A DNA stretch of 56,798 bases, counting the filler, from Stramenopiles sp. TOSAG23-3 (Eukaryota), in the NCBI GenBank assembly GCA_900128585.1. It is 6 parts of 6 records of this genome, joined end to end, with 100 filler letters (N's around TTAATTAATTAA, not from the genome) between each part and the next. Parts side by side here need not be neighbours in the genome. Positions count along the whole stretch, not along the records: positions 34,019 to 50,902 come from LT642472.1; positions 51,003 to 52,868 come from LT645305.1; 4 more parts are not named here. The stretch is one strand, 5' to 3'. Below, one piece after another: positions 40,893 through 51,081 of this stretch. Position numbers and translations under genes: made by a program. A model generated the notes under the pieces. That model saw only the letters and a program-made list of their open reading frames with translations. It did no database searches and had not been told where the DNA came from. Numbering within the stretch: the first letter of the stretch is position 1; each line of letters starts with the position of its first letter.

Positions 40893-41158
40893 TATTGCGG
40901 ATCCTCCCCAAGTTCTGGTCAAGATTCCANNNNNNNNNNNNNNNNNNNNNNNNNNNNNNNNNNNNNNNNNNNNNNNNNNNNNNNNNNNNNNNNNNNNNNN
41001 NNNNNNNNNNNNNNNNNNNNNNNNNNNNNNNNNNNNNNNNNNNNNNNNNNNNNNNNNNNNNNNNNNNNNNNNNNNNNNNNNNNNNNNNNNNNNNNNNNNN
41101 NNNTTTTTGAGGTGCTCGTTGTCTGTTGTACTGCTCTATGAAATAATGATCGGTATTG
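40893..41158 (+). repeat. Dispersed element, copy 2 (gap inside)
   Basis: Both flanks of the N gap match the reverse complement of 2147-2276. Confidence 0.78.
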
Positions 41159-41465
41159 AGTTTGATCGTTTCGGGTTCGTATCATCTTCTCATTTTATTT
41201 GAATTCGATGAACATATTTTATTATAATTAATACAACTATAATAAAGCTAATAACAAAAACAACAAAAGACTACTCGGTTCTGTTCCTTCTTCTTCTTTC
41301 TCTAATGCTCCAATCGTCAGCATCGTCCCCCCCGCCTTCAAACGCGTCGAAAGCGTCGAACAGGCCAAATGGTAAGGTCGTCTTTAAGATGCGAGGAGCA
41401 GCGTCCCTCAAGGCTCTTCTTTCCGGCTGATAGGTTACAGCATCACATAACCGGAGGCAACTCAC

Positions 41466-44400
41466 TCAAATTTCAAAATTTCCTATTTCGGCGTATGAAT
41501 CGAATGGACATGAATCACCTGAAGTATTTGAAAAAGTCACGCAATACGGTAGTGGGGTTTCTGACATTATTCTTTTCACCTCACTCAATTGACAAGGTTG
41601 TTCAATATCGCGATCCCCAATTTTCTTTAACATTAAGCCATTTGGAGTGGCTACTCCTCCTGGATCTATACGTTCAAATTGAAGGGCCAACGGGAAGGTA
41701 GGCTGCATGGAGGGCAGGGTTTTGGTCGTCATTCCACGCTCAAAGATAAAGCCAGTTTCACCCTCTCTGGGGACATTAAATACAATTGAAGTTGTAGGTT
41801 TTGGTATAAATACATTTGAAGTTGTAATCCCCCTACAGAATTGCACTTTATATGGTCGTGTTTTTTGTTCGAGAAGGTTCTCCACAACTACCCATGGATA
41901 ATCAAAAACCCAATCTTCTCCAATCTTCGCTAATGTCATTCCAATTGGAGAGCCTTCGCCACGAAGTCTTTCTTGTACTCCTGGAGACAGTTTTTGTAAT
42001 TTGTGAGTGTTGGAAATGGAGGGTTTATACACAAAACCAGGTAGACCATCTGTTGCAACATTAAATACTACTGTGCGACGCATTTCTCGTGCGACGTATG
42101 TCTCCGGCGTCTCCGGCACGTGAGCGAACGTTACTATATACGGTCGTTGGGTTTTTAAAAACAGATTTTCCACCTCTTTTTGCTGACAATTACTAACGGG
42201 TTTATCTCCAATCTTCGCCAAACGCAATCCAATCGGAGAACCACATTCTGGAGGACTTTTTCTGTTAGCAGTTCCATCCTTTTTTACCAGCAATAAATAT
42301 AATCTGGAAACCTGCCAATTTCTGTGAATGTGGAGACGAAAACCAAGTGGAACATCCCCACTAATATGAAATAAAACTTCTTTATTTATAATTGGCCCTC
42401 TGACAGACGGTTCACATGACAACAATTCGATATTGCTACTTTTTCTTTTAACGTTGCACCATTCAAGTGCTTGCCGAAAGGCGTATTCTGTGGGGAAATT
42501 AGTATAAGAAAAGTCTAAGTGAACTAACGAAGTCTGAAAATAAACGTCATGGTAAATTGCGCGTGTAAATTGATCCGATGCTGACCCCTGTTGATCTTGG
42601 ATAGACCAGAGATGTTCATTATGTGAAATATTCAAGGTCTTTAATACACAGCTTTCTTTTTTAATATAGACGGCAATATCTTTGGCACCGTCTGGCCCAA
42701 TACGATTTCGAGAAAGATCCAACCAGGTGCATGAATTACATGCCCTAATCGCCTGAAAAAGATCACGACAATAGAAAGAATTTAAGTCGTTTCCAGATAA
42801 ATTAATTTTCTGCACATTTATCATTGTGTTTAGAGGAAGAGCAGGGGGAGGTTGGCCGAACCCCTGGTCGTTTGAAAAATCAATCGATGTAATATTCTTG
42901 TGTTCACACAATTCCAATATTATCATAATGTCAATTGCGTCTGAATAATGGAGTGTGGGTGTCATTCTTAGTTCAGACAAGGAAAGTACACAGCAACTCA
43001 TATTAACATATTCTATTGATTTCTGAACTTTTAAAGCATTAACAATTGCTGTTTTAGTTGGCTCAGTAATACGCTTAACAAAGCGACTATCCCTGTGTCT
43101 TGGGGGAATTGGCATACTTATTCTTTCTTCCCTGAAGAAATCACTCTCTATTCTTTCTTCCCTGAAGAATCTGTTGTTTGAAATGTTCAGAAACAGCAAG
43201 TTTTGAAATTGAATATTTTCAAGTTTAGAAAAAAGGTTGGTAATACCTGTTGCACCAATTTGATTGTCTTGAAGATGTAGTGCTTTTAAATTGGGCATTT
43301 TTTTAATTGCATCTGCAACGCTGTTCATGCTGTACCCATACAAGGATCTAATGCTGTTTCCTGAAAAATCAAGAAATTTTATAGACCCACAGTTTTCATT
43401 CTCCTTCAAGCAGCACATTAGTGTAATAATTATAGCGTCGGTTAGGCGTGCGTTTTGAATATTCTGTGTCATTACAGTAAGCCCAATCTTTTCCCAAGTA
43501 TCTTTCCCGCCAAATCTTTCGCCATTATAGTCTTTCACAACTGGCAGCCTTATTCTGAATCTGTGGTTTCTGAAATTAAGAAACAGATCTTGGAATTTGG
43601 CATTTTGTAAAAAACCTCGAACAATATACGGTAGTAATCTTAGGAACTGCCCAGGGGTCTCCCACATCCGATCTGTGCAGTCGATACTGTATGACTGACA
43701 GGTAAAACATTTTGCAGCATATTCGACATCTTCAAATTCTGCATAATAATCCTTGAAATATTGGAGAGCCTGATCTAATCCACCGGTAAAGTTCTGTGGT
43801 TGACCCTGAGTTCCCCTGGTTCTTCCGGTAAGACGGCGGATGTACCGTTGTTGTACAGCTTTCAGTAACTTTCTTGCTTTTAGGAAGGCTTGTAATTCGG
43901 TCAGCGGCTTATCATCAGAAGATGCAACATCATTAACATTATCATTATCATTATCAAGTTGACCATTCGTTTTTCCTTCCTCCCCCGTGCTAGGTTCTTG
44001 CTGGATTTCGCCAATAATTTTGGAAAGGTCCGTTTCCAGCTCCAATTCTTTCAAAATATCAATTAAAACTGCCATATTCGGCATACTTTTTTTCTTGAAA
44101 CCATCCCGCCGTCTTGTAGGAGAGCGACTCCTGGAGCGGCGAGCACTTGAGTTTCCACCCCGGGATTGTTGTCCATGATTGCTTCGTTTGCGCTTTTTTG
44201 TGGTATTCTTTTCAGGCAAAACAGTGTTTATAATTATTGATGCCCGTTTACCAAAGGGGTTATTTGTATTTTTTGAAGCATGCAATCGCAAACAACGACC
44301 AACATTTTGAGTTATCTTAATGCTAGACTTTGATGGATCTGCAAAAATCACTCCATTGCAAGTCTTAAAATCTACACCCTCGCCAAGAACCCCAACATTA

Positions 44401-46023
44401 CACAACAATGAATACTTTCTTTCGCGAAATTTAGTAATTTTGTTGTTGAAAGAATTGTTCTTCTTCGAGTTTTGTCCCCGATTCTTCTTAGACTCATAGC
44501 CCTGACTGCGATCACTAGCGTTAACTTCGTCGACGTAAAAATTTTCCAAAAAATGCTTTTGGTCTTCAGTGGGAAATTTTTGCAGCAGAATTTTTGCAAA
44601 GTTTTTGACAAGAAGTTTAAAACTTTTTGATCTCGCAATTAGAGAATGGAATGAAATCATTCGAAATGGCATTGTTTGGAAATCGGTTTCATTCGCAATT
44701 TTATGCGTTTCAAGTGTATGGAATACAATTGGATTCCGTTTAACAATTTCCTTATGCTTTTCATTTTCATTCCATCTTCCCATACGTTCTTTCCGGACAT
44801 CAACTCCTTGGTCTGCCCATTCTTTGTCCCACATTTTTTTTAATGTGGTGTAATCCGCGTAAGTATTTACCATACTCTCTGCAACTACGTAAGCTAATTG
44901 CACAACGTCCATGGAGACATTACAGGGGTCAATATCTTCTGCAAATAGGCTAAAATTGATTTCAAATCGGTTCTTCCCGTCAAAAATGATTTCGTCGATT
45001 TTCGTTAGACGGGCAGTTTTTATGCTGTAAGAATAATTCGATAAAACGTTGTCTGCAATAGCATGTTGAATGGTGTAGCGAGCAACATCTTGTCTTTGGT
45101 CATAGTCGTGATTGGGATGTAGACTCAAGATATTCTCTCCAAATGCTTCTGCGTTGTTAATGTCAAACGTCTTGTGTTGGTCGTTTTGAAGGGAATAGAC
45201 TTTTGGTGTAGCCGTTAAAAACAATCGGTACTTAACCTTACTGTCATCAACATGCATCATCCATGTTCGTTTTTTTTCATCCATAATATGGTGTGCTTCG
45301 TCATAAATAGCAAGGTTGATCTGAAAAGTGAGTTCAAGCTCGTTGATTTTGTCAAAGAAGAAGGTTTGACTTTGATATGTAACAATTATCATGTTTTTTC
45401 CAGCGCGTCAATTTTTGTTCTATTTGATTCGTTTTTTCACTAGAATTTTTATCATAGACACAAAGAAAGTTTTCTCTATCCACCCGGTCTCCTCCGATCA
45501 ATGATATCCCTGATTTTTCTTCAAACTTTCTCATCTGAGAAAATTCATTTTGCCATTGTTCCGCTAAGTAAATGGACGGCACAGTGACCATGATAATTTG
45601 AGACAGTGCTTTGTCTTCCCTTTGCCCAAAAAGGTAGTTTGTAATGAGTTGTGAAGTAACCGTCTTACCAGTACCAGGTGCCATAACAAGGTACCCTCTC
45701 CTGCGCTCTGAGTGAAAAAACGGCCGCAATCCCTCCTCCCCCCTCATGATATTTAGTACATCTTGTTGGACTTTGCGCAAAGTAATTATACCAGGAGCAT
45801 TCTCGTCACTTGATTCGGGCGATATGGAACCCAAACCAGCAGACATTATTGAATCTGAACCTGATTCTCGAGCCCCCGCACCGGATTCTCCAGCCCCCGA
45901 ACCGGATCCTCGAGTCCCCGAACCGGATGCTCGAGCCCCTGAACCAGATTCTTGAGCCCCTGAACCGGATTCTCGAGCCCCTGAACCGGATTCTCGAGAC
46001 CCTGAACCGGATTCTCGAGACAT
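41466..46023 (-). CDS. SF2 DEAH helicase (type III Res/type ISP/giant-virus-like) fused to RI-like LRRs and three PDZ-like repeats; one frameshift near 45395
   Basis: Q-motif LRKVQQD, Walker A MAPGTGKT and Ia VPSIYLAEQW (ORF 45352-46023). TYQS, DEAHH, LTATPK, V VLGEGVD and VI QNVGRCLR (ORF 41466-45392). About 9 LxxLxLSxN LRRs; three PIG(L/M)xLxKIG..RPYxVxF units. Confidence 0.8.
45855..46022. repeat. 21-nt minisatellite x8 (CTGAACCGGATTCTCGAGCCC) encoding (RESGSGA)n
   Basis: Eight tandem units counted directly. Confidence 0.95.
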
Positions 46024-47051
46024 TATGTTTGCTTTGAATCTCTTATATGAGTACTTTGCCTTTCTCTTCGTTTCGTTGGGAACTTATGAACTTCAATTTT
46101 AATATACTCAGAATAATGTTCTTGACACAAATCACGGACGCTGCGGATTAATTTAGCTGGATTCATATTGAAAACTATTTCATTATGCCCGCGAAAATTA
46201 GGAGTCTTTTTCCTAAGTTTCATATGTCCTTTGAACCTTAGTCCATATGGCTCGCCGTCAAATAGTCTCGTTTCAATTCGCTTGGCAAACCATTCAAGAT
46301 CAATGTACTCAGTTCCAATTGAATCATTTGTCGTAAAAAACTCTTTGTCAATGGGGAAATATTCGCCAAACATTTTTTTAAAACCTTCAATTTCGTCATC
46401 TGTTTGGTTCATAGCAGATTTGAATTGTGTTTTGAGATAGCAACACAAAGCTTGGTGCGAAAACGTTTCTTTATCAGAACTATGTTTTATAACATCTGAG
46501 TACAACGTTTCCAGATAAGCCTTCGTTGGAAAGAGTTGCGCTTCCATGTATATTTGCCACATCAAGCGCACATTTCCTGTCGGTGTGACCAGACCTTCAA
46601 TTATCGATTTAACTTGTATGGTAAAACTATATTTCTTCGGATCGCCGCTGTGAGCAGCAAAACTGTCGGAGCGATTATACCTTTTTAACCGATGAAAGAA
46701 ACTGCCTGTTGTGCCACATTTGAAAGGTTTGGTTTTCAATACATAATTCTTCAATTTCTCTTTTTCTAAATTGAGTGCAACACCTTCATTTCGAATCTTA
46801 TATTGATAATTTGCTATGTCTGATTGACTTTGGACAAAATTAATCCTTTTTTTTTCCTCGTCTCCCTCGTAGAACTCGGGAACATGGAAGGGGCTATAAA
46901 CAATGTAAAGTCCGCTGTCATGTGTGTTAAATTTTTCTCTGGTGCTGTCACACTCAATTCCTTCGTCTTCGTCCTCATAATCGTCGCCTTCATCTTCGTG
47001 CGTTTCGTTTTCTTCGTCGGACGTATATACACTTCCTTGGGAATCGTTCAT
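46023..47051 (-). CDS. Probable T5orf172/GIY-YIG-like nuclease-domain protein (342 aa)
   Basis: SGLYIVY...PFKCGTTGSFFHRLKRYN resembles the GxxY..(F/Y)KIGxT....RLxxYN pattern; acidic N-terminus. Assignment is by eye only. Confidence 0.5.
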   Translation of the reverse strand: MNDSQGSVYTSDEENETHEDEGDDYEDEDEGIECDSTREKFNTHDSGLYIVYSPFHVPEFYEGDEEKKRINFVQSQSDIANYQYKIRNEGVALNLEKEKLKNYVLKTKPFKCGTTGSFFHRLKRYNRSDSFAAHSGDPKKYSFTIQVKSIIEGLVTPTGNVRLMWQIYMEAQLFPTKAYLETLYSDVIKHSSDKETFSHQALCCYLKTQFKSAMNQTDDEIEGFKKMFGEYFPIDKEFFTTNDSIGTEYIDLEWFAKRIETRLFDGEPYGLRFKGHMKLRKKTPNFRGHNEIVFNMNPAKLIRSVRDLCQEHYSEYIKIEVHKFPTKRRERQSTHIRDSKQT

Positions 47052-47717
47052 CTGGTATCACTTGGTAAAATCACGTTAGTTGGCTGTGTAGATTCTGTAA
47101 AGTAGTACAGCTAAAAGCTCTAAAACTAATTTCTTCTCTCAATACTTTACAGAAATATAAAAAAGTCTGTCTATGAAAAATATCTCATTCCCAAGGATAA
47201 TTTGGTTTATTTCTAATTCAATTTTAAGAAACTCTATTCAAATGAATCGTTTCATTTATTCATTAAAATATAATTAAATCATTCTTGTCAATAATATTAT
47301 TGGCACTAATGGTAAGCAGGAACGATCCCAAATTAGATCCGAAAATCGGTGAAGTGGTGCCCTGCTATTGCCTGTACTTACCAACACAGTTTTTTAAAAT
47401 TAGAAGAAATCTTGATGATCTGTGTCAGAATTGCCTTTCTTCACCCCTGCTTCCTGCTTCCTGCTTCCCTCCTTATTGTACTGTATTATTATTAGGACTA
47501 TATATTATATAATATTATTATTATTATTTTTATTATTATTATTTGCATTTCCTTCTTCCCCAAGTACACAATGCATTTCAAGGAGAAGAAACATTGCAAT
47601 AATTAGTTATTACTCCATTGATGAATCTAATTAACAGACAAACAACGGTCCATTTAGAAAATTTTAGTCGAGCTAAGGATTTTGGGTTGTTTAGAAGCAC
47701 AATTCTGACTCGGAAAA

Positions 47718-48761
47718 ATGGAGAGCTTGGTCGAAGAGACCAGACAGTTTGCAGAAAAGCATTTGGCTGCTAACCCGACGGATATTGTTCCGGTCCGAAA
47801 CAGATTCGAAGAGGCTCTTCGTGCGGGCACTGAGGAGCTGAATCGGCACCTGGCGGATAAGACGCGTTTGCGGTGGCTGCTGCAACTGTACCAGAACTAT
47901 GTTGACGTGGAAGTCAGTAAGAGGCAATTTAAAGCTGCCAAAGCAATTTTTGAGAGAGCGACTGCGGTACCGAGCCTCCGTGCTGACACCGCCGTCTGGT
48001 TGGCGTATGCAACTTTTTTTATAACTAGAAACAAGTCTGGGAGCACGAGAAAGGTGTTTTTAAACGGCATCAAGTCTGTTTCAACAGAAGATGCAAGGAA
48101 TACGCTCTGGGATGCATTTTTAAAGTTCGAAAACAAGGGGCGGTTCATCCCGCTGACGATGCTTCAGCTGGAAAAACTGCTCGAAGAGTCCGGGTCTATG
48201 ATTGCGAAGGGGCTCAGTTCCCCAAGGGCTGCCGCCGATACTAAAAAGACGGCGCCGTCCGGTGCCAGCACCTCCGGCGGCAACGATGGCAGAAAAGGGC
48301 CCTCTCTTGTTGATCCGTCTTTGTTTGTTGTGCCGGAAGAAGAGGTCTTCTTCCTGAGCGAAAATGCTGAGCGGAAGAAAAGTTTGCCTCCATTGCGTCA
48401 GGACACAATGATGAACCTTGCGGCAATGTTCAAGTTCAACCCGGATTGCTTGTTTGAAATAGTATTGAAAATGAAAGAGTTGCAGGGTCTGATAGTAAAA
48501 GACCTGAGAGTACAAGGGAAAATTTTTCAGGAGGAAATAAAGATCGGAAAACGGAAAGTTGAAGACTTGGACTTTCGCGCGGCGGCCTCAAAAGAGTTGC
48601 GAAGAACTCGGCGGCACATGCAATCGCTTTTGCACGAGGCGGGAGTGCCCGGGGTATTTCTCACGGAGGATGGCAGCCAAATAATTTACCAGCAAAAAAT
48701 TCTTTCCGTAGTGATTGACGCGGCTGTCTTGCAAGCGTCTCGAAAGCGGAAACGGTCGTAG
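47718..48761 (+). CDS. HAT (half-a-TPR) repeat protein, probably nuclear RNA processing
   Basis: LYQNYVDVE..AAKAIFERA, VWLAYATF..RKVFLNGI and LWDAFLKFE motifs; C-terminal basic RKRKRS. Confidence 0.75.
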   Translation: MESLVEETRQFAEKHLAANPTDIVPVRNRFEEALRAGTEELNRHLADKTRLRWLLQLYQNYVDVEVSKRQFKAAKAIFERATAVPSLRADTAVWLAYATFFITRNKSGSTRKVFLNGIKSVSTEDARNTLWDAFLKFENKGRFIPLTMLQLEKLLEESGSMIAKGLSSPRAAADTKKTAPSGASTSGGNDGRKGPSLVDPSLFVVPEEEVFFLSENAERKKSLPPLRQDTMMNLAAMFKFNPDCLFEIVLKMKELQGLIVKDLRVQGKIFQEEIKIGKRKVEDLDFRAAASKELRRTRRHMQSLLHEAGVPGVFLTEDGSQIIYQQKILSVVIDAAVLQASRKRKRS

Positions 48762-48894
48762 AATTATCGGTGGGCCACCAAAGGAGGTTGTAGCCGTGAC
48801 CGTACACAATAGTACCAGTTAATATTATTTTTTAAATTGTCTTTTTATATTTAATCTTTTTTAAGTTTTTAGAATAGAGAGAGAAACAATCCTG

Positions 48895-50100
48895 TTACAC
48901 CACACTTTTGACAACGCCAACGACTGCCCCTGCAGCCTCACCGACTGCCCCTGCCACGCTTCCAACTACATTCACCACCCCGCCGGCAGCCTCAGCAACT
49001 GCTTCCAATGCACCGCCCCCAACGTTTTCTATTGCGTGGATTGCACCCTCGAAGAATCCCTCCGAATGTTCTGCCATGGCGCCGGCGCCACTCGCTAGGG
49101 CGGTGCCTGTCCCTGCCATTGCCCCAGCAACGAGGGAAGCTGTTTTTCCCGTGTTGTCGACCATCGCCCCCCCGGCACTGGATACTCCAGCGACCATGCT
49201 GGAATCCATCACTCCGTTTGCCCCCTGTACGACCATTCCAGTGCCGGCATCAAACCCATTCGATACGGTCGAGCCAACGACTGACGCGCCAACGGCAGCA
49301 CCGGCGTACACGTCTGAATTCATCGCCCCGTTTGCCCCTTGAACGACCATTCCGGTGCCGGCACCAAACCCATTCGACACGGTCGAACCAACGACTGACG
49401 CTCCAGCGGCAGCACCGGCGTACACGTCTGAATTCATCACCCCGTTTGCCCCTTGAACAACCATTCCGGTGCCGGCATCAAACCCATTCGATATAGTCGA
49501 GCCCACGATGGCCGCCCCAGACCCAATGCTGCTCAGCGCTCCGGAATTTGAAACCATGCCAGCAGTGTTGGCTGCAAATCCACCCATAGCACTGGCTGCG
49601 GCCCCACCCGTTACAAGGGCCCCGTTGACTACGGTGGCCGCAGCGCCGGCCGGCAAAGAAGTGACAACCATCGCTCCAATAACCACGCCGTCTACGGGAG
49701 AGAGAGCCCCAGACGCTGCTTGCGCGGGCCGGGTTGCGTCCTGCCCGCTCTGCGCAGTCTGGGTGACTGCTGCAGTACGCGCAACAGAGGAAAAGAAATA
49801 GTTACCGTTCTGGATGACCAGTATCGTGTCAATAAACCCGTCGCCTGTCGTGTCGAAAGAATCAACTTGGCCGTTTCCCGTCGTGTCGTAGCCGATAGCG
49901 TTCGGGCGCCCGTCGCCAGTGGTGTCGCAAGCGTACCTCGGTAGGCTTAAATTACGATAATAATGCGCCTGTTGCCGAGCGTACGCAATTTCCTGGCGTG
50001 CAGTGTACAAATTATTTACATCACTGGCGTCAAGGGGCTTGGCCGATTGATGGTTTAAGGCCGTCATGGCGTTCTGGTCAACACTTGCTCCGGCTCCCAT
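48895..50100 (-). CDS. N-myristoylated Gly/Ala/Val-rich protein with DTTGDG (DxDxDG-like) repeats and three ~38-aa tandem repeats
   Basis: MGAGAS start; DTTGDG/DTTGNG/DTTGDG; GASVVGSTVSNGFDAGTGMVVQGANG(V/A)M repeated. Confidence 0.75.
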   Translation of the reverse strand: MGAGASVDQNAMTALNHQSAKPLDASDVNNLYTARQEIAYARQQAHYYRNLSLPRYACDTTGDGRPNAIGYDTTGNGQVDSFDTTGDGFIDTILVIQNGNYFFSSVARTAAVTQTAQSGQDATRPAQAASGALSPVDGVVIGAMVVTSLPAGAAATVVNGALVTGGAAASAMGGFAANTAGMVSNSGALSSIGSGAAIVGSTISNGFDAGTGMVVQGANGVMNSDVYAGAAAGASVVGSTVSNGFGAGTGMVVQGANGAMNSDVYAGAAVGASVVGSTVSNGFDAGTGMVVQGANGVMDSSMVAGVSSAGGAMVDNTGKTASLVAGAMAGTGTALASGAGAMAEHSEGFFEGAIHAIENVGGGALEAVAEAAGGVVNVVGSVAGAVGEAAGAVVGVVKSVV

Positions 50101-50902
50101 AACAGCTCGCGTGGTTCTCTGTGGGAACTTATCTTACCAAAGCGAACGAACTTCTCCCGCCGGAAAAAGACACGGTGTGGAAACGAGATGATGGCAGTGG
50201 TTTTCTTTTGTTGTTATATATTGTATTGATGGGACGTAACATGTCTAACTGCCTACAAATTAAAATGCCTTCTCTTCTTGCAGCGTATTAGTCAGTTCTA
50301 GTATTCCTCGTAGTCGTCTCAGTTGTTGTGTTTTTTCAGTTGCTTGCATGCAGTTCTTTCGTTCTTTCGTCGTCTAATAATACTACAAAAAAATAAAGGG
50401 AGTTTTTTTAGCATCAAAATCCTTCTATCAAACCTTTAATATTTATACTTCAATACAAATTGTAAATACCAATATAAAAATTCAATTTCTAACCCTAACC
50501 CTAAAATAAAAAAACAAATAAAAGAATGAATTCTTATGCTCTGTGTATATAGTAATATATAAATATTATTCATTATATATAGGCTACGAGGATACATCAT
50601 GCATTCCTTCCAACAACAAAAGAACGTTGGTCCCTCATTGTCACGGCTGCTATCTTTATGCTATTTTTTTATTTTTAATAATTTACTGTGCTGATCCTAT
50701 ATAGATTTTTTTATAATTATTTTTTTTCCTCACTTCTTCTTCTTTGTTGCTCTGTGATTATATATTTATTTATTAGTACTAATATTCTTCCCTCACAATG
50801 CATCAGACCGTTTATCAAAAATAAATTTTAACTTCCTTTATAATATACGGTACCTGGTAGTGTGTAGCTGTTACAAAAATTCACTTTTTTTTTCTTCCTC
50901 CT

Positions 50903-51002
50903 NNNNNNNNNNNNNNNNNNNNNNNNNNNNNNNNNNNNNNNNNNNNTTAATTAATTAANNNNNNNNNNNNNNNNNNNNNNNNNNNNNNNNNNNNNNNNNN
51001 NN
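50903..51002. other. Artificial contig linker
   Basis: TTAATTAATTAA at 50947-50958 within Ns. Confidence 0.97.
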
Positions 51003-51081
51003 CAATATCCAATGCAACATCTTTTAGACGGGAACGAAGGATTGAAAGGGAATTGAGATAGTCACTGTGTGTATTTTTGCT

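Noticed and set aside
41271-41468. Selenocysteine at the helicase TGA
   Set aside because: No redox-motif context and no SECIS that I could identify downstream.
41466-47051. Complete endogenous virus, Polinton or Helitron
   Set aside because: No capsid, polymerase, integrase, HUH-Rep or terminal repeats were seen, and the helicase is SF2 rather than PIF1.
50489-50504. Telomere (CTAACCCTAACCCTAA)
   Set aside because: Under three units and internal to the contig; at most a telo-box-like motif.
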